Of a DNA stretch of 64,000 nt, positions 62,560 through 64,000 are shown one piece after another; position 1 is the first letter of the stretch; the number at the start of each line of letters is the position of its first letter. Location: assembly GCF_963921235.1 (NCBI RefSeq), contig NC_086107.1:107200001-107264000 (forward strand), read 5' to 3'. Source of the stretch: Mobula hypostoma. Lineage: Eukaryota. The notes below the pieces were generated by a model, which was not told the DNA's origin, made no database searches, and worked only from the letters and a program-made list of their open reading frames with translations. Position numbers and translations under genes: made by a program.

Positions 62560-62700
62560 GCAAGAGATTCTACAGATGTTGGAAATCCAGAGCGACACAC
62601 ACACACACACAAAATGCTGGAGGAACTCTGCAGGTCAGGCAGCATCTATGGAGGGAAATAAACAGACGACGTTTCAGGCTGAGACCCTTCATCGGGACTG
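62560..62700 (-). mobile_element. Penelope-like terminal repeat, short
   Basis: Family 3' end. Hammerhead at 62663-62700 has CCGATGA in place of CTGATGA. Confidence 0.8.
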
Positions 62701-62985
62701 TCTGGTTTGGTAACTGCAATGCATTTTGGAAACAGTGTAAAGTATCTGATGCAGTGATGGCAGAAGAAGAAATGAAAAGTGAAGGTACTGATGGGGTGTT
62801 CATGAGGCATGTTGCTTCACCTTTGACGATTTTGTGAGTTTTGTGGGAGTATCTAACTTCAGATAAAAAGTGCTTGGGCATTAGTTGGTGAATCACTAGC
62901 CACAGGACCCTGAACTTCTAACCTGACCTTGTAGCTGAACCAGTTGAGTTTCCAGTCAATAGTGACTTCACTGATGCTGATGGCA

Positions 62986-63548
62986 GTGGCTATATTTCAT
63001 TAGGAGTTTGAGGAGATTTGGTACGTCACCAAAGGCACTCACAAAATTCTACAGATGTACTGTGGAGAGCATTCTAACTGGCTGTGTCACCGTCTGGTAT
63101 GTGGGGTACTGTACATGACTGAAATTAGCTGCAGAGTTGTAAACTTTGTCAGCTCCAACATAGGCACCAGCCTCCGTAGTATGCAGGACATCTTTAAGGA
63201 GCGGTGCCTCACAAAGGCAGCGTCCGTCGTTAAGGATCCCATCATCCAGGCCTTGTTCCTATTACTGCCATCAGGAAGGAGGTACAGAAGCCTGAAGACA
63301 CACACTCAATGATTCAGGAACAGTTTCTTCCCCTCTGCCTTCCAATTTCTGAATGGACATTGAACCTATGAACACTACCACACTAATTTTTTTTTAGTTT
63401 TAGCACTACTTATTTAATTTAATTACATATATATACTTAATATAATTTACAACTTTTTTTCTCTATTACTATGTACTACATTGAACAGCTGCCACAAAGA
63501 CAACAAATTTCACAACATATCCCGATAATATTAAACCTGATTTTGATT
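62986..63548 (+). mobile_element. Rex1/Babar LINE 3' fragment inserted in an older CR1-like remnant
   Basis: QDIFKERCLTKAASVVKDP...LLPSGRRYRSLKTHTQ, with a degenerate gattct tail. Confidence 0.85.
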
Positions 63549-63569
63549 CATGATGTCAAGGGGGGTGGG

Positions 63570-63780
63570 GGGTTAGACATTCTCTTGTTGGAGGTGGTTG
63601 CAGCCCATCCCTTGCGTTAATTTCCATGCGTCAGTGCATGCCCGAATGTGGTCCAGGTCTTGCAGCCTGCAGGAGTGGAATGCCGCTCTGCTGCGTGGTG
63701 CCATCATCGATAACGATCGTTGGTGAGGCAGTCGAGGTTGACTGGGCCTGGGACATTGTCCTGAGCAATCCCTCCAGTGA
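63570..63780 (-). mobile_element. Ancient CR1-like RT remnant
   Basis: Minus strand GIAQDNVPGP...LTND resembles GVPQGSVLGP...IND, and LQDLDHIRACTDAW resembles QQDLDNIQAWADKW. Confidence 0.55.
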
Positions 63781-64000
63781 CGTCCAAAGCCAGGATGATT
63801 GCCTGCCAAAGAAAGTTCAAAGTTCAAAGTAATTACCAAAATACATACATGTTACCTTGAGATTCATTTTCTTGCAGGCATTTATGGGAAAAATAGAGAA
63901 AAACATTAGAGTTTATGAAAAGCTATATACACTAATGCTCCGGATGGCTCTCGACGTGAGTTGGCAACAGCACATGACGAAAGTTGAGCTCTATAACAAC

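Noticed and set aside
62232..62837. 201-aa ORF
   Set aside because: It is stitched across LINE 3' UTR, PLE repeat and (CA)n sequence, with no coherent protein features.

Overview
This is eukaryotic, repeat-saturated genomic DNA with no recognisable host protein-coding exon, rRNA, tRNA or CRISPR array. The repeat mix suggests a cartilaginous fish, probably a ray (inference). It contains CR1/HER1-type LINEs, including a 3.7-kb 5'-truncated copy with an SGNH-esterase ORF1 and a broken APE-RT ORF2. It also holds Rex1/Babar LINE 3' ends, V-SINE/HE1-like and other tRNA-derived SINEs, non-autonomous RTE derivatives, Penelope-like elements (PLEs), Tc1 and Chapaev3 DNA transposons and Gypsy remnants. 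Nearly all ORFs in the track are TE fragments or their antisense shadows. The most notable structures are: (1) about ten PLE terminal-repeat copies carrying minimal type-I hammerhead ribozyme motifs, two of which look intact while several others are damaged by CpG-type transitions; (2) PLE insertions that are long inverted hairpins with target-site duplications (TSDs); (3) a 1.54-kb fold-back Tc1 built from two head-to-head 3' halves of the transposase; (4) a composite 'Pack'-like element bounded by tiny Tc1 hairpins; (5) two repeat-free islands with homeodomain-like motifs. I cannot support a wholly new biological system. Family names come from recalled motifs rather than database searches, and TE boundaries are approximate unless a TSD or terminal inverted repeat (TIR) is cited.
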